This document shows positions 28,751 through 36,674 of a stretch of DNA of 64,000 bases, in pieces. Positions within the stretch are counted from its first letter, which is position 1. Each line of letters begins with the position of its first letter. Under the pieces are notes generated by a model. That model was not told where the DNA came from. It saw only the letters and a list, made by a program, of their open reading frames with translations, and ran no database searches. Location: contig OZ255721.1 of NCBI GenBank assembly GCA_965277285.1, positions 1,216,001 through 1,280,000 on the forward strand, in the 5' to 3' direction. This DNA is from Abditibacteriaceae bacterium (GTDB taxonomy: Bacteria > Armatimonadota > Abditibacteriia > Abditibacteriales > Abditibacteriaceae). The translations under genes and the position numbers were made by a program.

Positions 28751-30244
28751 ATGTCCTATTTCTTTCCTGGCCTGTGGCATCTCGCCGCAGCGATGGCTTT
28801 TGCCTTCGGCCTGAGCGCCTTGCGCGGCGGCGACTCCACGTCGCTTTTAAGTCGTCCCGAATTCATCGTCGCCTGCGTGCTTGGTTCCTCGGCCTTGTTT
28901 TTCATTCCCGATGCGTGGGCGAAAAAGGGTTTGATGAAATTTTTGCATTATCCCCTGCCCGACTGGGATGTTTTGTTGCTCGGCCCCGCGTCGCATCGCC
29001 ACTGGTTCACTCATTCGCCGATTTTGCCGCTCGCTTTGTTCTGGCTCAGCACGCGGTTTTCTTTCGCACCACACGCATTTGCGCCTCACGCGTTCGCGTC
29101 GCATTCGGTTTGGGCGAATGCGGCGTGCGGTTTGTCAATTGGTTTGAGCAGTCATCTTTTCTGGGATTGCGTCAGTTCGCGTTCGCACAAAATCGTTTTC
29201 GTGCCCTATTGGATGGCCTTGCGACCGGCTTTGTCGCGCATTTATTTGCTGGGAGGCGCCTTGCTTTCTCTTCTCGTTGCACTCTGGTTTGGTTCGGTTT
29301 CGTCGCCGCTCAAGAAAATATCGCTGCCTTCGTTTTTAAAGACAGATTCGAGTACTCGAAACATCGTCGCGCCGCGTTTTCAGTTGGTAGACGCCAACAA
29401 CGGTGTTCGATATGATGGCGCGAAACCCGTCAAAGTCGCTGATGTGCGCACGCCCGAAGGCGTTTCCTTTGCGCCGGACGGAACACTCTTCGCGGTCGAA
29501 AATATCGAAGGCGGCAACATCGTGCGCATTCGCAACGGCAAAGCCGAAAATTGGCTGTCTTCCAGCACGCGCGCCCAAAATCCTGATGGCCGACCGAACG
29601 GGACGAAGTTCTGGGGCAAAACCTTGTTCTTCGCCGATTCGGGCTTGAAGCAAATCTGGGCGATTGCGCCCGATAAAACCGTCCAGGTGATTGTCGATGC
29701 GCGACGCGGCGAATGCGTCAACGGCCCGAACGACCTGGCGTTTGATGCGCGCGGCAACTTTTATTTCACCGATCCTTTGTGGGATCATACGGGCAACGTT
29801 TATTTTTGCCATCGCGTCAAAGGTGGAAAGTGGACGACGACGTTTTTCGCGGGCGAGCTTTACTTCCCAAATGGCGTCGCTGTGGCGCCCGATGGACACG
29901 CGCTTTTTGTTGGCGAGACGCAGCGCAATCGTATTTGGAAAATTGAAATTAAGGCTGATGGCAGCGAGGGTCACAAGCGTGTCTGGTGCGTTCTGCCAAC
30001 GCCGCCGCATTCGTGGAACGGCCCGGACGGAATGCGTTTCGACAATCGCGGACGCTTGTTTGTGGCGCAATATGGCAACCACGCGATTCAAGTCATTTCG
30101 CCTCAAGGTCGAGTACTCGAAACGCTGGATGCAGGCGGCCAAAATCCAACGAATGTCGCTTTTTCGCGCGACCAGAAAACGTTGTATGTCAGCGAAACCG
30201 AAACCAACGCGATTTATAAGATTGACCTGACGAAAGATCGTTGA
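28751..30244 (+). CDS. Fusion of membrane metal-dependent-hydrolase-like domain and SMP-30/gluconolactonase beta-propeller
   Basis: N-half: PDWD, HRHWFTHS, SHLFWD; C-half: PEG, PNG, GPNDLAFD..GNFYFTDP, FPNGVAVAPDG, PDGMRFD, PTNVAF. Confidence 0.85.
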   Translation: MSYFFPGLWHLAAAMAFAFGLSALRGGDSTSLLSRPEFIVACVLGSSALFFIPDAWAKKGLMKFLHYPLPDWDVLLLGPASHRHWFTHSPILPLALFWLSTRFSFAPHAFAPHAFASHSVWANAACGLSIGLSSHLFWDCVSSRSHKIVFVPYWMALRPALSRIYLLGGALLSLLVALWFGSVSSPLKKISLPSFLKTDSSTRNIVAPRFQLVDANNGVRYDGAKPVKVADVRTPEGVSFAPDGTLFAVENIEGGNIVRIRNGKAENWLSSSTRAQNPDGRPNGTKFWGKTLFFADSGLKQIWAIAPDKTVQVIVDARRGECVNGPNDLAFDARGNFYFTDPLWDHTGNVYFCHRVKGGKWTTTFFAGELYFPNGVAVAPDGHALFVGETQRNRIWKIEIKADGSEGHKRVWCVLPTPPHSWNGPDGMRFDNRGRLFVAQYGNHAIQVISPQGRVLETLDAGGQNPTNVAFSRDQKTLYVSETETNAIYKIDLTKDR

Positions 30245-30263
30245 CTGTGCTTGTCAATGGCAA

Positions 30264-30929
30264 CTAAATGCCTTGAATGTGAAGGTGCGATTTGGCCAGC
30301 GGATCGTGCTTTATCTTTTCTTCCCACGTCGGGTAAGAGTTCCACCATTTCCGATAGAGTATTTTGGCTTCTGGCACACCTTTTTGTTGCAGCCAGACTA
30401 AATAATTGGTTTTTACTGGTTCATCGGTAAACAAGTGAGCTTTTCCTAAATCATTATCCTTTCCCTGTCGCATATCTTCGACTAAAATGAGTGCGCTCGC
30501 CGCTTGGTCTGCTTTATAAGAGTCTAATCGGCTGATAATCGAAGCCGTCGTTTTTTCTTTCACTTGGACCGGCCAGGTATAAACTCTCATGCCTTCGCGT
30601 CCGCCCGCTTTGAAAGCATAAAAATCAACGATGGCGTTAAATTCGTTGTCATCGTTTGTTGTTTGCAATCGCTGAAGAAAAAATGCGTCCACGCGGTCGG
30701 GAATGTAACCGCCGTGGTGAGCATCTAAGTTGGCATCCAAGTTCTGAAGCGTAGCGGCTTTATCCGTAGAACGTTTATAAGTGAACTGAAAAAGTGCAAA
30801 GCCCATGGAAGTATCTGGCGCGGCAAAAGCGAGCAAATGCAAGCCGAAAAGAAGGCCGACAAAGAGAATGCCCGCGCTCAGCCATCCGACGACTTTGATT
30901 CTTGTATTGGATTTTTTTATGCGGAACAT
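30264..30929 (-). CDS. Hypothetical membrane-anchored protein, AT-richer than neighbours
   Basis: AAGGAA RBS, ATG 30929 immediately after cdsA; one N-terminal TM segment. Confidence 0.7.
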   Translation of the reverse strand: MFRIKKSNTRIKVVGWLSAGILFVGLLFGLHLLAFAAPDTSMGFALFQFTYKRSTDKAATLQNLDANLDAHHGGYIPDRVDAFFLQRLQTTNDDNEFNAIVDFYAFKAGGREGMRVYTWPVQVKEKTTASIISRLDSYKADQAASALILVEDMRQGKDNDLGKAHLFTDEPVKTNYLVWLQQKGVPEAKILYRKWWNSYPTWEEKIKHDPLAKSHLHIQGI

Positions 30930-30937
30930 ATATTCCT

Positions 30938-31789
30938 TTAAACACCCAGCAATTTCGCAGCGAAATAGACGACCGGCGCGGCGAAGAGCAGCGAATCGCA
31001 TCTATCCAAAACGCCGCCGTGACCTGGTAAAATCGTGCCCAAATCCTTGACGCCCAGTTCGCGTTTCCAGAACGACTCGGCCAAATCACCCAAAGGCGCG
31101 AAAATGCCGACGCAAACGCCAAAAACGACGCCGCGACCAATTCCCAAATGCGCAAAATGCGCGATGAGAACACTCATTAAAATAGTGGCGAGAAATCCGG
31201 CCAACAAACCTTCGCGGCTTTTGCCTGGTGATAACGGCGTCAATTTCGTTTTACCAAAACGTCGTCCCGCGTAATACGCAACTGTGTCGCCCGTCCACAC
31301 GCCGAAAAGCGTCAGCCACAACAACGCTCGTCCGTTCGCTTGGTTTTGCAACATCGGGATGAAAGCGAACAACGAAACGTAAAGGCTGGCGAAAACCGAT
31401 AGCGACAACGACAGCAACGAGATTTTTTGCGGCGCGGCAAACAAACAAATTGAGGCAGTCAGCGCGACAATCACCAGAGCCATCAATAACGTAACGGGAT
31501 TAGCGTGCGCGTTCGTTGTCGCGTTGGGCAAAGTCGCGGCGCTGAAAAATAACGTGAAGAACAGCGGCAGCAAAAAGCCGAACGACCAAACTTCGATTCG
31601 AGTACTCGATTGTCGCGTCGCCGCAATCAATTCGTTCAAGGAAAGCAGCGCCAACACCAAAGCCACGCCAAACACCAGCCATCCGCCGATGTAAACAATC
31701 GCCAGCACAATTGGCAAGCCGATGAGCGCCGTCAGGACGCGCGGCGAAACCGGTAAGCGGCGCGTTGGTTTGGAAGATTGAGTTAGCAT
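30938..31789 (-). CDS. cdsA: Phosphatidate cytidylyltransferase
   Basis: DTVAYYAGR.FGK.KL..LSPGKS.EG, GDLAES..KRELGVKD.G.ILPGHGGVLDR.DS. Confidence 0.97.
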   Translation of the reverse strand: MLTQSSKPTRRLPVSPRVLTALIGLPIVLAIVYIGGWLVFGVALVLALLSLNELIAATRQSSTRIEVWSFGFLLPLFFTLFFSAATLPNATTNAHANPVTLLMALVIVALTASICLFAAPQKISLLSLSLSVFASLYVSLFAFIPMLQNQANGRALLWLTLFGVWTGDTVAYYAGRRFGKTKLTPLSPGKSREGLLAGFLATILMSVLIAHFAHLGIGRGVVFGVCVGIFAPLGDLAESFWKRELGVKDLGTILPGHGGVLDRCDSLLFAAPVVYFAAKLLGV

Positions 31790-31794
31790 TGTTT

Positions 31795-31869
31795 TGTAGG
31801 GGCGAGGCGCTGCCTCGCCCTTGTCATTGTGAAATTTAGTCTCGGGCGAGGCAGTGCCTCGCCCCTACA
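31795..31869. repeat. GTAG-type REP pair, family C (TGTAGGGGCGAGGC..GCCTCGCCC)
   Basis: Two inverted copies, 31795-31820 and 31844-31869; the second supplies the TAG stop of the YihY gene. Confidence 0.88.
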
Positions 31870-32902
31870 GCGGATTTTTATCGACCACGACTTTGGCGTC
31901 GGGCGCGGCTGCCGGGCCGCTTTCGGGCAAGGCGACGCCTTCATCTTCGGGATTGGGTTGCGTCGGTTTGGCTTCGCCCAGCATGGCAGCGCGCGTTTCT
32001 TCCCAGGCGGCGCTGATTTCGGCGCCCAGCAAAATGATGGAGGAAGAAATATAAAGCCACATCAAGGTCAAGACGACGCCCGCGACGCTGCCATAAACCA
32101 GGCCATAGCGCGGCGAAGTGCTGAGGAATCGCGTAAACAAAAGGCGCGCCGCTTCAAAAGCAACGGTCGCAAACAAGGCCGAACCGAAAGCGATGCGGCC
32201 TCGACGCCCGTGATCGGCGTTGGGCAAAAAGCGATAAATCGTCCAGAACATGAGCAACGTCAAAAGCAATCTCGCCAGCAGACCGATCAAGTCCCAGGCA
32301 CCCGGATAGGCGCCATCGAGTACTCGATTGTTGTCGCTCCAGACGTGCAACGCCGACAAACCAAGCGTGACAATCGTCGAAAGCAACCACAAAACACCTG
32401 CACCGACAAAAGTTCCCGACAACACGAGTTGTTGCTGCCACCAGGTGCGCGGCTTGGCCTGCCACCAGATCGAATTGAGAACGCTCGACAACGTATCGAA
32501 AAACGCGCGACCGCTCCACAACAACGACGCAATCGAAAACACGCTGACGCCCAGCGCACTCGAACTCGCAATCTTTTGCACTTCGCCCGAAATCAACGTC
32601 TGGCTGACGCTCGATGGCAACAAGCCGCCGACGAAATTGAGCAGTTGCGCTTGCAATTCGGGACGACTGGCCAGCGTTTTTCCCAGAATGGCCAGCGCCG
32701 CCAGCAAAACTGGAAACAACGACAGCAAGCCGAAAAACGCCATCGCCGCTGCCATCAGCGGGCATTTATCGATGCCCCAGCGTTCACCCAGACGCCAGCC
32801 GAACTGAATCAAGCGCGCCAATTGCGGCGCCAGTTCCGCCAGCTTTTGCAAGGGCGGAGGAAGTGTGCTTTTCAAAGTTTCAGTAGACGCGGAAGTGTTC
32901 AT
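31865..32902 (-). CDS. YihY/virulence factor BrkB family membrane protein
   Basis: AAAMAFFGLLSLFP, IYRFLPN, YG.VYGSVAGVVL.LMWLY.SS.IILLGAE. Confidence 0.95.
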   Translation of the reverse strand: MNTSASTETLKSTLPPPLQKLAELAPQLARLIQFGWRLGERWGIDKCPLMAAAMAFFGLLSLFPVLLAALAILGKTLASRPELQAQLLNFVGGLLPSSVSQTLISGEVQKIASSSALGVSVFSIASLLWSGRAFFDTLSSVLNSIWWQAKPRTWWQQQLVLSGTFVGAGVLWLLSTIVTLGLSALHVWSDNNRVLDGAYPGAWDLIGLLARLLLTLLMFWTIYRFLPNADHGRRGRIAFGSALFATVAFEAARLLFTRFLSTSPRYGLVYGSVAGVVLTLMWLYISSSIILLGAEISAAWEETRAAMLGEAKPTQPNPEDEGVALPESGPAAAPDAKVVVDKNPL

Positions 32903-32929
32903 CAGGAAGTTCGAGTACTCGAAAGCCGC

Positions 32930-33433
32930 TTAATTCAGGCGGAGATTGGGCAGCATCGGCAAATCGGTCACGCCCGAATCATAACCCAATTGCTCCATGA
33001 TCGTCGTCAGTTGGCCGCGGTGATGCGTTTGATGGTTGAACAAATGCGCCACCAGAATCCACAAAGGAAAGGTGAATTCCTCGGGATTCGTCAGTCTCGT
33101 GAAAGTCAACGGCGCTTGCAATTCGTCATTGGAAACCGCAGCGAGCCAGGCATCAATGGCATCGTCGGTCTTAACGCGCTCGGCTTGCATTTCGTCCCAA
33201 TCGTGATAAAGTTCCTGGTCGAGCGATGTGGCGGCAAACGGTCGACCTGTGAAGCGTCCCAGCCACATTCGGTCGCACAACAAAATGTGGTTCAACGTGC
33301 CATGCACCGACTTGAACCACGCGCCACGATCTGCGCGCCGCAATTCGTCTGGCATGGTGCTGCAAACCGCGGACAGTTTTTCGTTCATCCAGCGATTGTA
33401 ACCGCTCATCAATTGAAAATATTCGGTCGTCAT
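32930..33433 (-). CDS. DinB family protein
   Basis: YNRWMN..L, F.SVHGTLNHIL..D..W, HLFNHQTHHRGQ. Confidence 0.95.
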   Translation of the reverse strand: MTTEYFQLMSGYNRWMNEKLSAVCSTMPDELRRADRGAWFKSVHGTLNHILLCDRMWLGRFTGRPFAATSLDQELYHDWDEMQAERVKTDDAIDAWLAAVSNDELQAPLTFTRLTNPEEFTFPLWILVAHLFNHQTHHRGQLTTIMEQLGYDSGVTDLPMLPNLRLN

Positions 33434-34008
33434 TTTTCTTCTCCACAATCGAGTACTCGATCTTCGGTCACAACGAAATCCATGCGCGCGTCGTGCTTTT
33501 CGCAGGGCACAGTTTCGATGATCTGGCAACTGAAACAAATGCCAATGACAAGAGGTCGCCCTTTCTGGCGCGAGCGTTCCAAAGTTCTGTCATACCAACC
33601 GCCGCCTTGTCCCAAACGATTTCCAGCCATGTCAAATGCCAAACCGGGCACGAGAATTACTTCACATTCATGCGCCGCGATTTTTGTTTCCGAAAGCGGG
33701 ATGCGCCAGCCGCGCGCGTTGGTGCGCACTTTTTCTAAACTTTCCAAGGTGTCGAAACGCGGTTTCAAACCCAATGACGGAACGACAATCGTTTTCATCG
33801 AAAGCCAACGCGCAATCGCCTCATCCAAATTCGCTTCGCGCGCCGTCGCCAAATACGCCGCAATCATCGGCGCCTTTTCGACCGTTTCCAAATTGCCCAA
33901 ACGTTCGCAGATTTCGCGCGACAAAGCGCGTTGTTCTTCGCTGGAAAGCGCATCACGACGAGCGCGCATCTGAGTTCGCAACGCTGTTTTTTGTTCGGAA
34001 ATGTTCAT
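33430..34008 (-). CDS. ygfA: 5-formyltetrahydrofolate cyclo-ligase
   Basis: K..LR, ILVPGLAFD..GNRLGQGGGWYDR, P.EKHD..MD.VVTE. Confidence 0.96.
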   Translation of the reverse strand: MNISEQKTALRTQMRARRDALSSEEQRALSREICERLGNLETVEKAPMIAAYLATAREANLDEAIARWLSMKTIVVPSLGLKPRFDTLESLEKVRTNARGWRIPLSETKIAAHECEVILVPGLAFDMAGNRLGQGGGWYDRTLERSRQKGRPLVIGICFSCQIIETVPCEKHDARMDFVVTEDRVLDCGEEK

Positions 34009-34010
34009 AA

Positions 34011-34211
34011 TTAACCCAAGTTGCCACCTAACTATTGCCTGCGAGTGAACTCGCGGCTCAACCGCCTACGGCTCAACCGCCTACGGCGGCAGCGGCGGCC
34101 TGCGCCGACGCAACATTGAATGCATTCGGGCGTCGGCGCAGTCCAATGCATCGGCGGAAGCACCTACCCAAAGCGCACCCGAGCCGCGAATGAGGTAGCA
34201 ACTTGGGTTAA
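34011..34211. mobile_element. MITE-like element, family D, with 19-bp terminal inverted repeats
   Basis: ttaacccaagttgccacct (34011-34029) / aggtagcaacttgggttaa (34193-34211); non-coding interior with hairpins; shorter relatives at about 34274-34293 and 34504-34560. Confidence 0.6.
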
Positions 34212-34503
34212 GTAATTCAATTTGGCACCTTCGCGCGAAAAGTGTCGATCAAAAGTGTGTCATTCCACGCCTGACCCAAGGGCAACTTGAGTTAGCAAAG
34301 CGAATCGAGTACTCGATTTGAGGACACTCTGGAAGACGCGCGTTGAAGCGGGCGCCAAATTATGTTAACATGACGCACGATTCGCGCCCAAGATATTTTG
34401 TCGGGCGCGCGTTGTTTTCCTTTCGACGTACCGTGAAAGCCGAGAGCGCCCTGCGCTGTTTCGGCTTTTTTGTTGACTGCGAAAGGTATCGAAAACACTA
34501 AAG

Positions 34504-34560
34504 AACTCAAGTTGCTACATGCCTGCGAGTGAACTCGCAGGGCATGTAGCAACTTGAGTT
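34504..34560. repeat. Short family D element
   Basis: aactcaagttgctacatgcc-tgcgagtgaactcgcag-ggcatgtagcaacttgagtt; shares gcctgcgagtgaactcgc with 34037-34054. Confidence 0.8.
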
Positions 34561-34605
34561 GAATAACGAACACGTTGAAACGAAAACGTTTGTGGAGGCG
34601 CGGAA

Positions 34606-35748
34606 ATGGAACGAGGCGCGAATTGTTTAATTATAGTGGCGGGCGCGGCAACTGCCGTCACCAACTCGGCGATTGCCGGTTTGATTGAAGAAGCGGGACG
34701 CGGCGATTACATCGCTGAAATCTGGGGCGCGAGCGCTGGGATCAACGGTTTGCTCGATGGCAAAATGATCGACCTGGGCGCGCAAAAGCGCAAGGTCGTC
34801 GAAGGCTTGCGCCGCACGCCGGGCAGTGTTCTGTCCGGCGCGCATCGAGTACTCGAAGCGGGCGAAGGCGCCGCTTTCATCGAAGCTTTGCGCAAAGAAG
34901 AAATCGGCTCGATTTTCCATTTGGGCGGCTTGTCCGCGCTGGAGTTATCGCACTTCTTTGCGCAGGCCGCGACCGAAGCGAATTACACGCTGAACACGCT
35001 TTACGTGCCTTTGTCGGCGGAAAACGAAGTCGATGCGGGCGATCACAATCCGGGTTATGGCTCGATGGCGCGCTTTGTCGCGTCCGGCGCGCGCGATGCC
35101 GGACGCGCCGCAGCCTCAGGCGAAGAACCGCTGTTGGTTGTCGAAGTCGCTGGCAAAACTTGCGGCTGGGCGGCGGCAGCTTCGGCTTTGGCGCGCGATG
35201 CCCAAAATCCCGCGCCGCACGCCGTGCTGGTTCCCGAAGTCGCCATTGATCTCGAAACCCTGACCGACGAACTGCGCCGCGCTTATCAGAAATGGGGTTA
35301 CACCGTTTGCGTGACCAGCGAAGGCGCCAAATCGACGGACGGACAATCGTTGAACGGCGACGCGCTGCTCGCTTTGATGAGTGAAAAATTGGGTATCGCG
35401 GGTCGTTGCGACCGTCCGGGACAAATGGCGCGCGTGGCGCAATCGGCGATTTCGCGCGCCGATGCCGATGAAGCCTACGCTTTGGGCGAAATGGCGATGC
35501 GTTTGGCCGGCGAAGACACTTCCGGCTACGTCGTAACAGCGGGACGCGACGCGCATTCGGGCGAACGCGGAGATCGCGGCTATCGTTCGGTTGTCGTGAC
35601 GGTTCAGTTGGGTAACGTCACATCCGAACCGCGCTTATTGCCCGCCAATTACATCAATGCCGCTGGCACGCAAATCACCGAAGCCTTTACTGATTGGGCG
35701 CGGCCTTTGGTTGGCGGCGCCTTACCGGAATATATTTCGCTGGCGTAA
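34606..35748 (+). CDS. Phosphofructokinase-fold (PPi-PFK-like) protein with degenerate active-site motifs
   Basis: TAVTNS.IAG, IWGA..GI.GLL, RTPGSVL, DHNPGYGS.A, VPE, V.SEG, ITEAF.DW.RPLVGG follow the PFK order; catalytic motifs are altered. Confidence 0.85.
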   Translation: MERGANCLIIVAGAATAVTNSAIAGLIEEAGRGDYIAEIWGASAGINGLLDGKMIDLGAQKRKVVEGLRRTPGSVLSGAHRVLEAGEGAAFIEALRKEEIGSIFHLGGLSALELSHFFAQAATEANYTLNTLYVPLSAENEVDAGDHNPGYGSMARFVASGARDAGRAAASGEEPLLVVEVAGKTCGWAAAASALARDAQNPAPHAVLVPEVAIDLETLTDELRRAYQKWGYTVCVTSEGAKSTDGQSLNGDALLALMSEKLGIAGRCDRPGQMARVAQSAISRADADEAYALGEMAMRLAGEDTSGYVVTAGRDAHSGERGDRGYRSVVVTVQLGNVTSEPRLLPANYINAAGTQITEAFTDWARPLVGGALPEYISLA

Positions 35749-35749
35749 A

Positions 35750-35823
35750 AACGAACCCTCAGCATGAGCGACGGGTCTTGTATTAGGTTGTACAAGACCC
35801 GTCGCTTACGCTCAGGGTTCGTT
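35750..35823. repeat. REP-like inverted repeat, family A
   Basis: aacgaaccctcagcatgagcgacgggtcttgta ... tacaagacccgtcgcttacgctcagggttcgtt. Confidence 0.88.
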
Positions 35824-35832
35824 AGAAACACA

Positions 35833-35886
35833 CAAAGCAAGACGCCGTTCGAGTATTATCGAGTACTCGAACGGCGTCTTGCTTTG
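35833..35886. terminator. Long hairpin between convergent genes, built on the 12-bp palindrome
   Basis: caaagcaagacgccgttcgagta / tactcgaacggcgtcttgctttg. Confidence 0.7.
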
Positions 35887-35933
35887 CGGATCCGGCGATT
35901 CGCTTGAGGCGATACGTCATCGGTGGGTGCAGA

Positions 35934-36194
35934 CTACATCATTTTGCGGTGGTGACGGCGCATCGTGCGATGATGGCGCATCATCATCATGTGGTGGCGG
36001 CGCCACATTCGACGGTGGTGCATCCTCCAGTGATGGTGGCGCATCATGCCCGACATTTCGCGGTCTTCCCTGCGCTCCATACGTTCCATGCGCTGGTGAC
36101 GCGTCATGGCTGAGGCTGGCGTGGAACCGACCACGCTACCCAGTAACATCGCTACGGCCACGCCCAACACGCTCGTACATTTGACGAACTTCAT
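35934..36194 (-). CDS. Small secreted His/Met/Arg-rich protein
   Basis: AAGGGG RBS, ATG 36194, signal peptide ending ASA; mature part MMRHHHWRMHHRRMWRRHHMMMMRHH. Confidence 0.8.
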   Translation of the reverse strand: MKFVKCTSVLGVAVAMLLGSVVGSTPASAMTRHQRMERMERREDREMSGMMRHHHWRMHHRRMWRRHHMMMMRHHRTMRRHHRKMM

Positions 36195-36373
36195 CGTGTC
36201 CCCCTTGCGACTAATCGTCCGCAGTAAAATCGCGCCTTGGGTTTCGACCTTTTTATTGTGCGCGGCTTTGATGCGGTGAACCTCATTATACACGTTTGTT
36301 GGACCGTGCAACGGGTACCGGAAATACGCAAGGCAGCGGTGGCGCCAAAAAGTAAGGGTTCGATAAGAAACGC

Positions 36374-36407
36374 CATAAAGGATTCGACGAAAACCGAATC
36401 CTTTATG
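36374..36407. terminator. Hairpin downstream of the lysS operon
   Basis: cataaaggattcg / cgaatcctttatg. Confidence 0.55.
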
Positions 36408-36433
36408 TGTTTATCATCGAAGATGCCAGTTCA

Positions 36434-36652
36434 TTAAAACGGTTGATGGCGTTTGCGCAAACGTTCACGATCTTCTGGCGATTCGAGCCACTGTTCGCTG
36501 TAGCCACAATTCGCGCAAATGAAACGCGTCAAATAAATCGCGCCGATGAAAGTAAAGTTGGTCAGAATCACGTTGGATTCGCTTTGATCCGTCAAGCGCA
36601 AAATGTCGTTGGAACTGCATTTGGGACAAGCGTGCGTATCTTTCATCTTCAC
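36434..36652 (-). CDS. Small zinc-ribbon protein
   Basis: CPKC ... C.NCGYSE.W; AAGGAG RBS overlapping a palindrome copy. Confidence 0.8.
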   Translation of the reverse strand: MKMKDTHACPKCSSNDILRLTDQSESNVILTNFTFIGAIYLTRFICANCGYSEQWLESPEDRERLRKRHQPF

Positions 36653-36674
36653 TCCTTCGAGTACTCGATTGGCG

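Noticed and set aside
31829..33973. 714-aa plus-strand ORF
   Set aside because: It is an antisense shadow of the well-supported YihY, DinB and ygfA genes and has no recognisable motifs.
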